A stretch of 64,000 nucleotides of DNA. Origin: a bacterium. Lineage in GTDB: Bacteria > Patescibacteriota > Dojkabacteria > JAKAPS01 > JAJZLI01. The notes beneath the pieces were generated by a model. The model was not told where the DNA came from. It worked only from the letters and a program-made list of their open reading frames with translations, and did no database searches. Positions 9,282 to 18,868 of this stretch are shown here, piece after piece. The translations under genes and the position numbers were made by a program. The stretch's first letter is position 1; each line of letters starts with the position of its first letter. Location of the stretch: positions 14,074 to 78,073 of the forward strand of contig JAJYWX010000029.1 of assembly GCA_021791275.1 (NCBI GenBank), read 5' to 3'.

Positions 9282-10479
9282 CTTTTTTTATTCTAACTAT
9301 ACTTTTTTTGCCAACTTTTACCATCATTTTGTCTTTTATATTAATAATTTCTTTATAATCAAGTACTTTCTTTTTATCTACCAATACTGCTCCGGATAAG
9401 ATTAATCTCTTAGCTTCAGCCCTAGAAGGCATTTGCCCTGTTAGATTAGATATTAAGGTTAGTATATCAACATTATCACTTTTAACCTTTACTTCAATTA
9501 TATCATCTAATTTATCATAATCTTTATTTTGAATCCTTTGTTTAAAATATTCTTCAGCTTTTAGAGCATCTTTTTTACTACTGTACATGGAAGTTATTTC
9601 AAAAGCTAAAGTTTTTTTAATATTCATTATTCCACTTTTTGATGATTTTTTGAGATCGTTATTTATTTCTTTTATAACTTTATCAGAGATTCTTGTGGTT
9701 AGAGTAAAATACTCTATTATTTCTGTATCCCTTATACTCATAACTTTACCATATATGTCATTGGGGGTGTCCATTATATTAATCACATTTCCCCAAGAAG
9801 TAGACATCTTTCTGCCATCTGTTCCTATTAATAATTTCTTTGTAACAATATCTTGTTTTTTCATTCCAAAGAATTCTTGAACCTCCCTGCCTGAAAGTAG
9901 ATTAAAAAGCTGATCTGACCCTCCAAGTTCAACATCAGATTTTATTGCTACAGAGTCATATCCTTGCATTAATGGGTATAAAAATTCATGTAAACCAATG
10001 GGAATTTTATTGTCATATCTATAATGAAAATTCTCCCTCTCTATCATTTGTGCAACTGTGAATTTTTTTGATAGAGCTATTAGTGTTGAAAATTCTAATT
10101 TATCTAACCATTCTGAATTATATCTAAATTCAACTTTTGAAAGATCTAAGATTTTGGAGAGTTGATTTTTATATGTTTTAAAATTTTCATTAACAGCTTC
10201 TCTCGAAAGATTTTTTCTAAATTCTTTCTTATCTGAGCTATCTCCTACTGTTGCTGTAAAATCACCTATGATTAAGACTATTCTGTGCCCCAATTCTTGG
10301 AAATCCCTTAATCTTTGTATTGTGGATGCCCGCCCTAGATGAATATTCTTTCCAGTTGGATCTATTCCAAATTTTACTCTTAGTTTGGTATTTTTAAGAT
10401 TTTGTGTAAGATTTTTTTTATCAACTATTTTAAAAGTTGCTCTATCAATTATTAAATTTAATGGGGATTCGTACTCCAT
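9274..10479 (-). CDS. tyrS: Tyrosine--tRNA ligase
   Basis: KFGIDPT, HLGR, YPLMQGYDS, GGSDQLFN, KMSTS, C-terminal S4 domain. Confidence 0.97.
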   Translation of the reverse strand: MEYESPLNLIIDRATFKIVDKKNLTQNLKNTKLRVKFGIDPTGKNIHLGRASTIQRLRDFQELGHRIVLIIGDFTATVGDSSDKKEFRKNLSREAVNENFKTYKNQLSKILDLSKVEFRYNSEWLDKLEFSTLIALSKKFTVAQMIERENFHYRYDNKIPIGLHEFLYPLMQGYDSVAIKSDVELGGSDQLFNLLSGREVQEFFGMKKQDIVTKKLLIGTDGRKMSTSWGNVINIMDTPNDIYGKVMSIRDTEIIEYFTLTTRISDKVIKEINNDLKKSSKSGIMNIKKTLAFEITSMYSSKKDALKAEEYFKQRIQNKDYDKLDDIIEVKVKSDNVDILTLISNLTGQMPSRAEAKRLILSGAVLVDKKKVLDYKEIINIKDKMMVKVGKKSIVRIKKDE

Positions 10480-10544
10480 TTTTATAAAACTTTAATCTTA
10501 GTGAAGTACTCTAATATTAGCATAATATATGATATAATTAAAGT

Positions 10545-13202
10545 ATGAAAGTTATCAAATTGTTTGATAAAAAAAATAAAAAGACTAAGGCTATAAGTAA
10601 ATATAAAAGCCAAACATTAGCCAATAAAAATAAGAATAAAGATCTCATTGTAAAGATAGTAAAGAATACAGTTCTAGTCTTTGCAGTAGTTGTATTATTA
10701 GGAGCTATAGCTCTTACTGTACTTATTATAAAATATGCATTTGAACTCCCCCCTCCAGGAACTCCATTTAATAAGGTTTATGCCCAGACAACTCAAATTT
10801 ACTCTAGGGGTGGTACTTTACTTTATAGTTTCCATGGGTCGCAAAATAGAGAGTGGATACCTATAAGCCAAATACCGAAAAAAGTACAGTGGGCAGTTAT
10901 AGCTGCTGAGGATAAAAATTTTTATAATGAGCCTCTAGGAATTTCTTTTAGAGGAATACTTAGAGCCCTATATTATGACCTTTTCAAAAGATCTTCTGGA
11001 TCTCTTGAAGGTGGAAGTACCATTACTCAACAATTAGTAAAAGATACAGTTTTAACGCCACAACAAACTATACAAAGAAAACTTAAAGAAATAATCCTTA
11101 CTATTGAAATATCTCAAAAATATAGTAAAAAAGATGTGTTAGAGCAGTATTTAAATGAAGTTTATTTTGGGGGAAATGTATATGGTATTAAAGTCGCTTC
11201 GGAAACCTATTTTGGAAAAGAACCTAATCAGTTAACTCTTGCCCAATCTGCAATACTTGCTGGTATGATTCAAGCTCCATCTTTTTACTCTCCCCTATTT
11301 GGGACTAATCCAAAATATTTAGTGCCAAGGGCAGATTATGTTTTAAATCAGATGCTGGCAGATAAATATGAGACAGGGGTAACTAAAAGTGAAATTGAAC
11401 AAGCTAAGAACCAGGTCGCCCATATGCAATATAATAGTTATAACCCCTCTCAAAACATTAAAGATCCATGGTTCGTATACTATGTGAAGAATCAATTAGA
11501 ACAAAAATATGGTGTTAGTACGGTAGATAATTCTGGATGGAAAGTCTATACTACTTTGAGTTGGAAAATACAGCAAATTGCGCAACAAACTGTTGTTAAT
11601 GCTGTAAATTATTTAGTTTCTAATGGATTTAATGCACATAATGCCGCGTTAGTTTCAGTGGATCCTAATAATGGAGAAATTCTCTCAATGGTAGGGGCAT
11701 ATAAGTATGGTGTATCTTTGTATAATGGTCAAATGGATGGTTATTATAATGCGGCATTAGCACCTCGTCAGCCTGGATCATCAATTAAACCATTTTTATA
11801 CGCAACTGCCTTCCAAGATTTAGGATTCTCTCCGACAACGCTTGTTACTGATTTACCAATAGATATAAATGGATATAAACCGTTAGATTGGAATGATCTT
11901 TTTGAAGGACCACAAAGCATAAAGGTGGCATTAAGACAGTCTAGAAATATTCCTGCTGTAGAAACTCTTTATTCTTTAGGTACAACTAAATTTATTAATG
12001 AACTACATTTATTTGGTTTTACTGGTATATCTCAGTATAAAAATGATTTGTCAATAGCTATTGGGTCTGCGGGTGTTCCTTTACTTCAAAATACGGAGGC
12101 ATATTCAGTTCTTGCAAATGGAGGAATAAAATATCCTACAGTTTCAATATTAAAGATAGTTAATCCTGAAGGAAAAATCGTTTATCAATATAATCCTCAA
12201 AAATATGGGCAAAGAATAATTAAGCAAAGATATGTCTACTTAGTAGATACAATAATAGATAAATTCCCTACTCTCTACTATTCTCCATCTCCAATATATA
12301 ACGGGTATAGTGGTGGGATTACAGCAAAAACTGGAACAAGTAATCTGGCAAGGGATCTTGTCCTTATGGGATATACACCATCACTTGCGACTGGTATGTG
12401 GGCAGGTAATGATAATAACGCCCCTACTACAAATTATTCATATGGAGAAGATTTAACCCCATTTTGGAATAAATATATGTTAACGGTTCTGCCTATGTTT
12501 CCAAAAGAAAAATTTAATCAACCTCCTGGAATAGTATCTGCTTATGTATGTTCAAATAGTGGATTACTCGCAGGTCCCACAACTCCATGCTCTAAAACAT
12601 TAGGTTTATTTGCTGAAGGGCAATTACCTAAACCAGATAATTCAAATATAGAAGTGAAAGTATGCAAAGAAGACCCTAATTTGCTTGCTACTCAAAGCCA
12701 AATAGCTGCTGGGGATTATGAAAATAAAGTCTATGTACAACTCCATGCTTCTGCTCCAATATTCCAAGCAGCTTTAGATTCATGGGAAAGCTCTCAAGGT
12801 GGGGTCTATTCACCTCCTCCTACCCAGTATTGTAATCAATATACTGGTCCGAATAATACGATTCAAGTTAATGTTTCATCCCCAACAGCAAACCAAACTT
12901 ATGTTGCAGGTACTAGTGGAAATATAAGTGTATCTGGGGTAGCTATTTCACCTAATAATATAACAAATATAACTATATCTTTAGAGGATTCTAGTGGTAA
13001 TGTTATAGGAAATGATACTCAAACAATTAGTGGAAATCCTAATTTCAATAATGTGAACTTCCCAATACCATCACAACCTGGTAATTATATAATATCTGTT
13101 AATGCAAAGGATTCAAATAATGTACAGGGAAGTGCAACAGTAAATATATCTGTAACAAATTCTAGCTCTAATACATCTTCTAATAATGGTACCAACGGAT
13201 AA
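10545..13202 (+). CDS. Class A penicillin-binding protein with C-terminal Cys-rich and Ig-like extension
   Basis: EDKNFY, GGSTITQQL, RKLKE (transglycosylase); SSIK, SRN, KTG (transpeptidase). Confidence 0.93.
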   Translation: MKVIKLFDKKNKKTKAISKYKSQTLANKNKNKDLIVKIVKNTVLVFAVVVLLGAIALTVLIIKYAFELPPPGTPFNKVYAQTTQIYSRGGTLLYSFHGSQNREWIPISQIPKKVQWAVIAAEDKNFYNEPLGISFRGILRALYYDLFKRSSGSLEGGSTITQQLVKDTVLTPQQTIQRKLKEIILTIEISQKYSKKDVLEQYLNEVYFGGNVYGIKVASETYFGKEPNQLTLAQSAILAGMIQAPSFYSPLFGTNPKYLVPRADYVLNQMLADKYETGVTKSEIEQAKNQVAHMQYNSYNPSQNIKDPWFVYYVKNQLEQKYGVSTVDNSGWKVYTTLSWKIQQIAQQTVVNAVNYLVSNGFNAHNAALVSVDPNNGEILSMVGAYKYGVSLYNGQMDGYYNAALAPRQPGSSIKPFLYATAFQDLGFSPTTLVTDLPIDINGYKPLDWNDLFEGPQSIKVALRQSRNIPAVETLYSLGTTKFINELHLFGFTGISQYKNDLSIAIGSAGVPLLQNTEAYSVLANGGIKYPTVSILKIVNPEGKIVYQYNPQKYGQRIIKQRYVYLVDTIIDKFPTLYYSPSPIYNGYSGGITAKTGTSNLARDLVLMGYTPSLATGMWAGNDNNAPTTNYSYGEDLTPFWNKYMLTVLPMFPKEKFNQPPGIVSAYVCSNSGLLAGPTTPCSKTLGLFAEGQLPKPDNSNIEVKVCKEDPNLLATQSQIAAGDYENKVYVQLHASAPIFQAALDSWESSQGGVYSPPPTQYCNQYTGPNNTIQVNVSSPTANQTYVAGTSGNISVSGVAISPNNITNITISLEDSSGNVIGNDTQTISGNPNFNNVNFPIPSQPGNYIISVNAKDSNNVQGSATVNISVTNSSSNTSSNNGTNG

Positions 13203-13238
13203 GTTATATATATTTCTTTAAAATAATCCTTATAAATA

Positions 13239-15617
13239 TTATCTGAAATATATTCCTTTATTGTTTTTGGAAATGGTGTCTTTAATATTAGCCATTTTTC
13301 CTTTTATCTCTTCAGATCTAAATGTTCTTTCAAAATTTTGGAATTTTAATCTTACTGTTAAGCTTATTTCATTTTCTTTAAGGGGCTTTCCTTCATAGAT
13401 ATCTATAATATATTTTTCTCGAATATTATCATCATTTATTAAAGATAGTATTTGAGAAGAATTATAAAACTTTTTATTATATACAACATTTAAATCTTCT
13501 GTAATTTCTTGATATTGAGATATAGCTTTGTATAATCTATTTTTGTTGATATATTTTAGTAATAGATCTACATTTAAATTGCATATACTTAAGTTTCCAA
13601 TAATATTAAAATTATCTTTTATTTGTGGGTGAACATTTGTTATATTTCCTATTAGAGTATCACTTAGATATATACTAGCACTTTGGGTCTTGATAGCTTC
13701 CTCTGAATTAGATTCTTTAATGTAATTAAAATCTTCTGATAAATTTAGATATTCCTTAATATTATCAATGATATTTTTTAGTTCAAAAAAAGTTCCAATC
13801 TCTTTATTCTTTGAATAAATAGATATACATAGATTTAATTTTTCATCAGGTAATTCTTCCTTGGTTTTAAAGTAGGTATTAGCTATTTCAAAAAGTCTAA
13901 AGTAATCATAATTTTTCGCATTTAAATTAACTGTTTTTAGCATTGAAGGTACTAGTGTTTGCCTTAAATGCGTAAATTCATCTGATATTGGATTAATTAT
14001 CTTTATAGAATCACCTAATTCATAATTACTTTGTTTTAATAACGATTCATTTATAAAAGAATATGTTTTTATTTCATATCCTCCAGAAGCAGCAATAATA
14101 GTTCTTAATTTTTTTTCAATTTCATATAAAGGATTTGGTATTATTTCTGATGATTCATAAACTGGGAGTCTAACAGGTATATTATTGTATCCATAGATTC
14201 TCCCAATCTCTTCAATAATATCTACATCTTCTTTTATATCTTTTCTTTCTTGAGGTGGAAGTATATTTAATATATCTGATTTTACAGAAACTTCCATATT
14301 AAGATTTTCTAAAATTTCCAATATCTCTTTTTTATCTATATCTATTCCCAGAATTTGCTTAACTTTTTTTATATCTAGAGAAATCTCATTATTTAATTTC
14401 TCTTTTTTTGATATTATATCTATTAAATTAGAGCCTTCTTCTCCGCAAGAGACATCTTTAATTAAAGATATTGCTTTTAAGATACCTTCATATGCAAATT
14501 TCTGAGAAAGGTTCTTCTCATATCTTATAGATGCATCAGTTTTAATTTTTACTGATTTAGAAGATTTTCTTATCTTTATGGAATCAAATGTAGCACTTTC
14601 AAGGAAGATATTTTTGGTATTATCATCTACTTCTGAATCCTTACCTCCCATAATTCCAGCAATACCTATAGCTCTATTATTATTTGCTATCACATAATTC
14701 TCTTCAGTCAAAATTCTTCTTTTTGAATCCAGTGTTTCTATAATTTCATTACTTTTTGCCTTCCTTACTATTATTTCAGATTTATCACCTCCAATTTTAT
14801 CTAAGTCAAAAGCATGTAAGGGTTGCCCAATATCAAGCATTATATAATTCGTAGCATCTACGATATTGTTTATACTATTTACTCCAACTCTATTTAATTT
14901 TTGCTTTAACCATACTGGAGACTCTTTAATTTCTACATTTTTAATTATAATCCCGAGATATCTTGTACAAAAGTCCTTATCTAGAATGGAGACCTTAAAA
15001 TCCTTATCTATATTTATATCTAACTTATTTTCTTTATCAAAATAAATTTTTGTTTTTGTTAAAGCAAAAAATTCTCTGGCAATTCCTCTGTGAGAAAACA
15101 AATCTGGCCTATTAGATATAATCTTATTATCAATTTCTATTATAGTATCGGAAAAAATTTTTGATATTTTTTCTCCAATATGTTTACTATAGTATTCTCC
15201 TAAATCCATTATACCTGTATGATCATTTCCAATTCCGAGTTCTTTTTCAGAGCAGAGCATTCCGTTGGAATCTATTCCTCTTAGATTTTTTTTCTCTATA
15301 ACCATTCCATTTGGGAGTTTTCCTCCTGATTTTATGAGTGGACAGATCATTCCAACATATATATTGGGTGCTCCAGTTACAATTTGTAAATTTTTATTGT
15401 CAATCTCAGCTTCTACAATTTTTAATTTTTCTGCATTGGGATGATTAATTATTTTTTTTATTTTTGATACAAAAACATCATCCAATCCTTCCCCATATTC
15501 TATTATCTGATCTATATCTATACATTGCTGTGCAAATTTATCTAAAAGATTGTATAAATCTTTTTTATTATTTGGTAGATCAGTATATTCTTTTATCCAA
15601 GATGTAGAAATTTTCAT
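13239..15617 (-). CDS. pheT: Phenylalanine--tRNA ligase beta subunit
   Basis: HPNAEKL, NRPDLFSHRGIARE, INNIVDATNY, GQPLHAFD. Confidence 0.96.
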   Translation of the reverse strand: MKISTSWIKEYTDLPNNKKDLYNLLDKFAQQCIDIDQIIEYGEGLDDVFVSKIKKIINHPNAEKLKIVEAEIDNKNLQIVTGAPNIYVGMICPLIKSGGKLPNGMVIEKKNLRGIDSNGMLCSEKELGIGNDHTGIMDLGEYYSKHIGEKISKIFSDTIIEIDNKIISNRPDLFSHRGIAREFFALTKTKIYFDKENKLDINIDKDFKVSILDKDFCTRYLGIIIKNVEIKESPVWLKQKLNRVGVNSINNIVDATNYIMLDIGQPLHAFDLDKIGGDKSEIIVRKAKSNEIIETLDSKRRILTEENYVIANNNRAIGIAGIMGGKDSEVDDNTKNIFLESATFDSIKIRKSSKSVKIKTDASIRYEKNLSQKFAYEGILKAISLIKDVSCGEEGSNLIDIISKKEKLNNEISLDIKKVKQILGIDIDKKEILEILENLNMEVSVKSDILNILPPQERKDIKEDVDIIEEIGRIYGYNNIPVRLPVYESSEIIPNPLYEIEKKLRTIIAASGGYEIKTYSFINESLLKQSNYELGDSIKIINPISDEFTHLRQTLVPSMLKTVNLNAKNYDYFRLFEIANTYFKTKEELPDEKLNLCISIYSKNKEIGTFFELKNIIDNIKEYLNLSEDFNYIKESNSEEAIKTQSASIYLSDTLIGNITNVHPQIKDNFNIIGNLSICNLNVDLLLKYINKNRLYKAISQYQEITEDLNVVYNKKFYNSSQILSLINDDNIREKYIIDIYEGKPLKENEISLTVRLKFQNFERTFRSEEIKGKMANIKDTISKNNKGIYFR

Positions 15618-16663
15618 ATTTGCTTAAATTGATTTAAAAATCGAAGATCATTTTCAAAGAAATATCTCGTATCTTGTATCATATTTTTTACAATTAACAA
15701 TCTTTCTGGTCCTCCTCCAAATGCGAATCCTTGATATATTTCAGGATCGATATTAACATTCCTAAGGACTTGTGGGTGTACCATACCTCCGCCTAATAAT
15801 TCTATCCATCCTTTATTGCTACAAACATTACATCCCTTTCCTTGACATAATATACAGGTTGCATCAACTTCAAAACTAGGTTCTGTATATGGAAAATATG
15901 AATGTCTGAACCTTATTTCTATTTTGTCGTTTTCAAATATATTTCTTAAAGCTATTGTCAAAAAGCTTTTTAAATCGGAAACATTTGTGGATTTATCTAT
16001 TACTAACCCTTCATATTGGTAGAACATAAAGGAGTGTCTACTATCTGCATTTTCATTTCTATAAACTTTTCCCGGAGCCAATATTCTTATAGGAGGTTTT
16101 TGTTTTAACATAGTTCTAATTTGCATTGAGGATGTATGAGTTCTTGGTAATATATGGTTTTCTTCAATATAGAATGTATCTTGCATATCTCTTGCTGGGT
16201 GATGTATATCCATATTTAAAGCTTGGAAACAAAACCAATCAGTCTCTATTTCTGGGCCTGATGCAATTGAGAAACCAAATGATTTAAAATTATCTGTAAT
16301 ATTATCCATCATTTGAGAGATTGGGTGTATAGAGCCTATATTAATATTATTTGTAGATAAAGTAACATCTATATCCCTTTCTATTTCATGTAAAAATACT
16401 CTATTTTTGAGTATTAATTCCTTCTCTTTTATTTTATTTTGTATCTCACCTTTTACTTTATTTGAAAATTGACCTATTTCTATTTTATCCTTTTTATCGT
16501 AATTTTTTATTTGTGATATTGTTTTAGATAAATAAGAATCTTTCCCGAAATATTTTGAGTGTATTTTTTTTAATACTTCTAAATCTTTGCAATCATCTAT
16601 ATCTATTATGGCCTGATCTCGCTCTGTAGATATTTGATTTATTAATTTTTTCCTATCAAGCAT
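15614..16663 (-). CDS. pheS: Phenylalanine--tRNA ligase alpha subunit
   Basis: HPARDMQDTF, RTHTS, FPYTEPS, GFAFGGG. Confidence 0.97.
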   Translation of the reverse strand: MLDRKKLINQISTERDQAIIDIDDCKDLEVLKKIHSKYFGKDSYLSKTISQIKNYDKKDKIEIGQFSNKVKGEIQNKIKEKELILKNRVFLHEIERDIDVTLSTNNINIGSIHPISQMMDNITDNFKSFGFSIASGPEIETDWFCFQALNMDIHHPARDMQDTFYIEENHILPRTHTSSMQIRTMLKQKPPIRILAPGKVYRNENADSRHSFMFYQYEGLVIDKSTNVSDLKSFLTIALRNIFENDKIEIRFRHSYFPYTEPSFEVDATCILCQGKGCNVCSNKGWIELLGGGMVHPQVLRNVNIDPEIYQGFAFGGGPERLLIVKNMIQDTRYFFENDLRFLNQFKQI

Positions 16664-17009
16664 CTTTGTTTTTTACGCTATTGATAATAGTATTAAATAT
16701 TTCTTTATCTTCTGTAGCAAAATATGCCAGAACCTTTCTATTTAATAGTATGTTATTATCCTTTTGTAATTTTTGGAATTGTGAATAAGATATATTAGAC
16801 TCAGAGAGTGATGCAGATATTCTCATTATCCATAGTTGCCTAAAATTATTCTTCTTTTTCTTCCTACCGTTATATGAATATTGGCCTGCGTGTAATATGG
16901 CTTCTTTTGAAACCTTTACAAGGTTACCTTTAGTCATTCTATAACCTTTTGTTAGTTTATGTATTTTATTGTGTTTTTTATGCTTTGATAAGCCTTTTTT
17001 GATTCTCAT
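16656..17009 (-). CDS. rplT: 50S ribosomal protein L20
   Basis: RIKKG, KGYR, FRQLWIMRI, LNRKVLA. Confidence 0.95.
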   Translation of the reverse strand: MRIKKGLSKHKKHNKIHKLTKGYRMTKGNLVKVSKEAILHAGQYSYNGRKKKKNNFRQLWIMRISASLSESNISYSQFQKLQKDNNILLNRKVLAYFATEDKEIFNTIINSVKNKDA

Positions 17010-17015
17010 AATTTT

Positions 17016-17201
17016 TTATAAATCTGATTGTAACTTCTTTCCTGCAGATTTTTCAAGGATCTTGTTTCCCTTTACTTTATTTCTACTATTACTAGTTTTC
17101 TTTGCCATAAAATGAGAAACACCTTTTATTTTATGCAATACTTTATTATTTTTAGTTTTTCTAAATCTTTTTACTAATATTTTTTTTGTTTTCTTTTTCA
17201 T
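17016..17201 (-). CDS. rpmI: 50S ribosomal protein L35 (divergent)
   Basis: KTKK..KRFRKT, H..AKK; position between infC and rplT. Confidence 0.85.
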   Translation of the reverse strand: MKKKTKKILVKRFRKTKNNKVLHKIKGVSHFMAKKTSNSRNKVKGNKILEKSAGKKLQSDL

Positions 17202-17716
17202 TTTATTGGTTGTAATAAAGATATTATTGTTCTTCCTTCAAGTTTTGGTTCAGATTCAAGTTTCATGTCATTTTCTAAATCCACTATTATTCTCTTCATT
17301 AGTAAGGTAGCATTTTCATTACTTGCTCTTCCAGTCATTCTTATAACTATTTTTACCCTATGTTTATCTTCCAAAAACTCTCTTATCCTATTTATCTTAT
17401 TATTGTAATCACCTATACCTATAAAAGGTTTAAATCGTATCTCTTTTATATCCTTAGTTTTATTTTTCTGTTTATTCTCCCTATCTTTCTTGCTTTGTTC
17501 ATATTTATATTTTGAGAAAGACATCAACTTGCAAACAGGAGGGTTTGCATTTGGAGATATTTCAATTAAATCTAATCCTTTTGATTTGGATAATGACAAA
17601 GCTTCATTTCTAGATATTATTCCTATAAACTTCCCTTCTTCATCTATAACTCTTAAGGTTTCTGCCCGGATATATTCATTATACCTTATTAAATTGTTTC
17701 TATTATTTTTTATGAT
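17198..17716 (-). CDS. infC: Translation initiation factor IF-3, non-canonical ATC start (about 172 aa)
   Basis: Frame extends upstream of TTG 17599 through YNEYIRAETLRVIDEEG; in-frame TAG two codons above ATC 17716; SD GAGGAGGT upstream. Confidence 0.92.
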   Translation of the reverse strand: MIKNNRNNLIRYNEYIRAETLRVIDEEGKFIGIISRNEALSLSKSKGLDLIEISPNANPPVCKLMSFSKYKYEQSKKDRENKQKNKTKDIKEIRFKPFIGIGDYNNKINRIREFLEDKHRVKIVIRMTGRASNENATLLMKRIIVDLENDMKLESEPKLEGRTIISLLQPIK

Positions 17717-17723
17717 AGACTAA

Positions 17724-17786
17724 ACCTCCTCAAAAAATTAGCTTAACTAATATTGTGATATTACCAGAGATTTTACTCTTTGTAAA
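17724..17786 (-). promoter_or_regulatory. infC promoter, short leader hairpin and Shine-Dalgarno
   Basis: TTTACA-17-TAATAT with extended TG (17786-17758); ATTAG-TTAAG-CTAAT plus T5; GAGGAGGT at 17731-17724. Confidence 0.65.
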
Positions 17787-17794
17787 GGAATTAA

Positions 17795-18403
17795 TTACTC
17801 TGTAATAATGTTTAAGCTCTCTTTTTTAACTATACTCTTTTCTAAGAATTTTATATTCTCAGTTAAAAACGATTCAAATTTATTTTTATCAATATCAATG
17901 TATATTTTCTCTCCAAATATTTTAGGAGGATTTTTTGCTTTTCCCACAAAAATCTCTCCAAATATTCCATTCTCTTCATAAACAACGAATTTAACTATAT
18001 TTTCATTTTGGTCTTCAATCACATAATTAATTATCTTTTTGTCTATATTTATAGTTGTATATAAATATATAAAGATTCCATTAAAATCTGGTGTTCTTGA
18101 TTTAAATACAGCATATTCATTGTTATTATCATTAATATTTTTAGATATATCTTCTTCTTTTTCTAGATATATAAAGTTTTTTCCATATAAACTTACTATT
18201 GAATGGATTGAGACTATAAAGTCTTTTATATATTCAATTTCATTTTGAATATTATCTTTTACTTTTATTTCATCTATAATTTTATTTCTTATTGAAGATA
18301 TAATATTTATTAATATATTTTGATTATATTCATCAAATACTTGGGGTATTTCAACTTTTGATAGAATTTTTATATATGTACCTATTTCATTATTATCATT
18401 CAT
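17795..18403 (-). CDS. Hypothetical protein (202 aa)
   Basis: Long ORF overlapping the upstream ORF end; no recognisable motif. Confidence 0.7.
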   Translation of the reverse strand: MNDNNEIGTYIKILSKVEIPQVFDEYNQNILINIISSIRNKIIDEIKVKDNIQNEIEYIKDFIVSIHSIVSLYGKNFIYLEKEEDISKNINDNNNEYAVFKSRTPDFNGIFIYLYTTINIDKKIINYVIEDQNENIVKFVVYEENGIFGEIFVGKAKNPPKIFGEKIYIDIDKNKFESFLTENIKFLEKSIVKKESLNIITE

Positions 18404-18830
18404 GATATCTATTATTAGGAGTAAAACTATCTATAAATTCATCGTAATCTTTTTCTAATATCGGGGTCATTTCTGAATTTCTGTCTATCCCTATATGCCT
18501 ATATACTTTATTTAAAGGATTTATTTTAATACTTTTTTCTAAAATTACATGATATCCCCTTTTTTGCCTCTTTTCTAATTCTAATGTCACTATACCTACA
18601 TTATGTTTTTTCACCACAACTTTAAATTTTGGTTTTAAACTAAGTAGTGATTTAATTTCATCTTCAATTATAAGTATTTCATTGTTTTTAAGGATCTTTC
18701 TTTTTAGTTTTTTATTATTTATAACGTGGTTGAGAGACATTATACTTGTACTAAGATTTAAGTATTGGAATTTTTTTATTGTATCTATAATAAAAGAATC
18801 AATCTCTTTCTGTATTTTATTAACTGTCAT
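18396..18830 (-). CDS. Hypothetical basic protein (144 aa)
   Basis: ORF preceded by a near-consensus promoter; no recognisable motif. Confidence 0.7.
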   Translation of the reverse strand: MTVNKIQKEIDSFIIDTIKKFQYLNLSTSIMSLNHVINNKKLKRKILKNNEILIIEDEIKSLLSLKPKFKVVVKKHNVGIVTLELEKRQKRGYHVILEKSIKINPLNKVYRHIGIDRNSEMTPILEKDYDEFIDSFTPNNRYHE

Positions 18831-18836
18831 AAATTC

Positions 18837-18865
18837 ATTATATAGAGTGGGTATTCCTATTACAA
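18837..18865 (-). promoter_or_regulatory. sigma70 promoter for the hypothetical gene pair (leaderless geometry)
   Basis: TTGTAA-17 bp-TATAAT, then 6 nt to ATG 18830. Confidence 0.7.
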
Positions 18866-18868
18866 TAG

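Noticed and set aside
9172-9399. 75-aa plus-strand ORF in the recG-tyrS gap
   Set aside because: The minus-strand 38-aa ORF fits better: same strand as its neighbours and coupled at both ends
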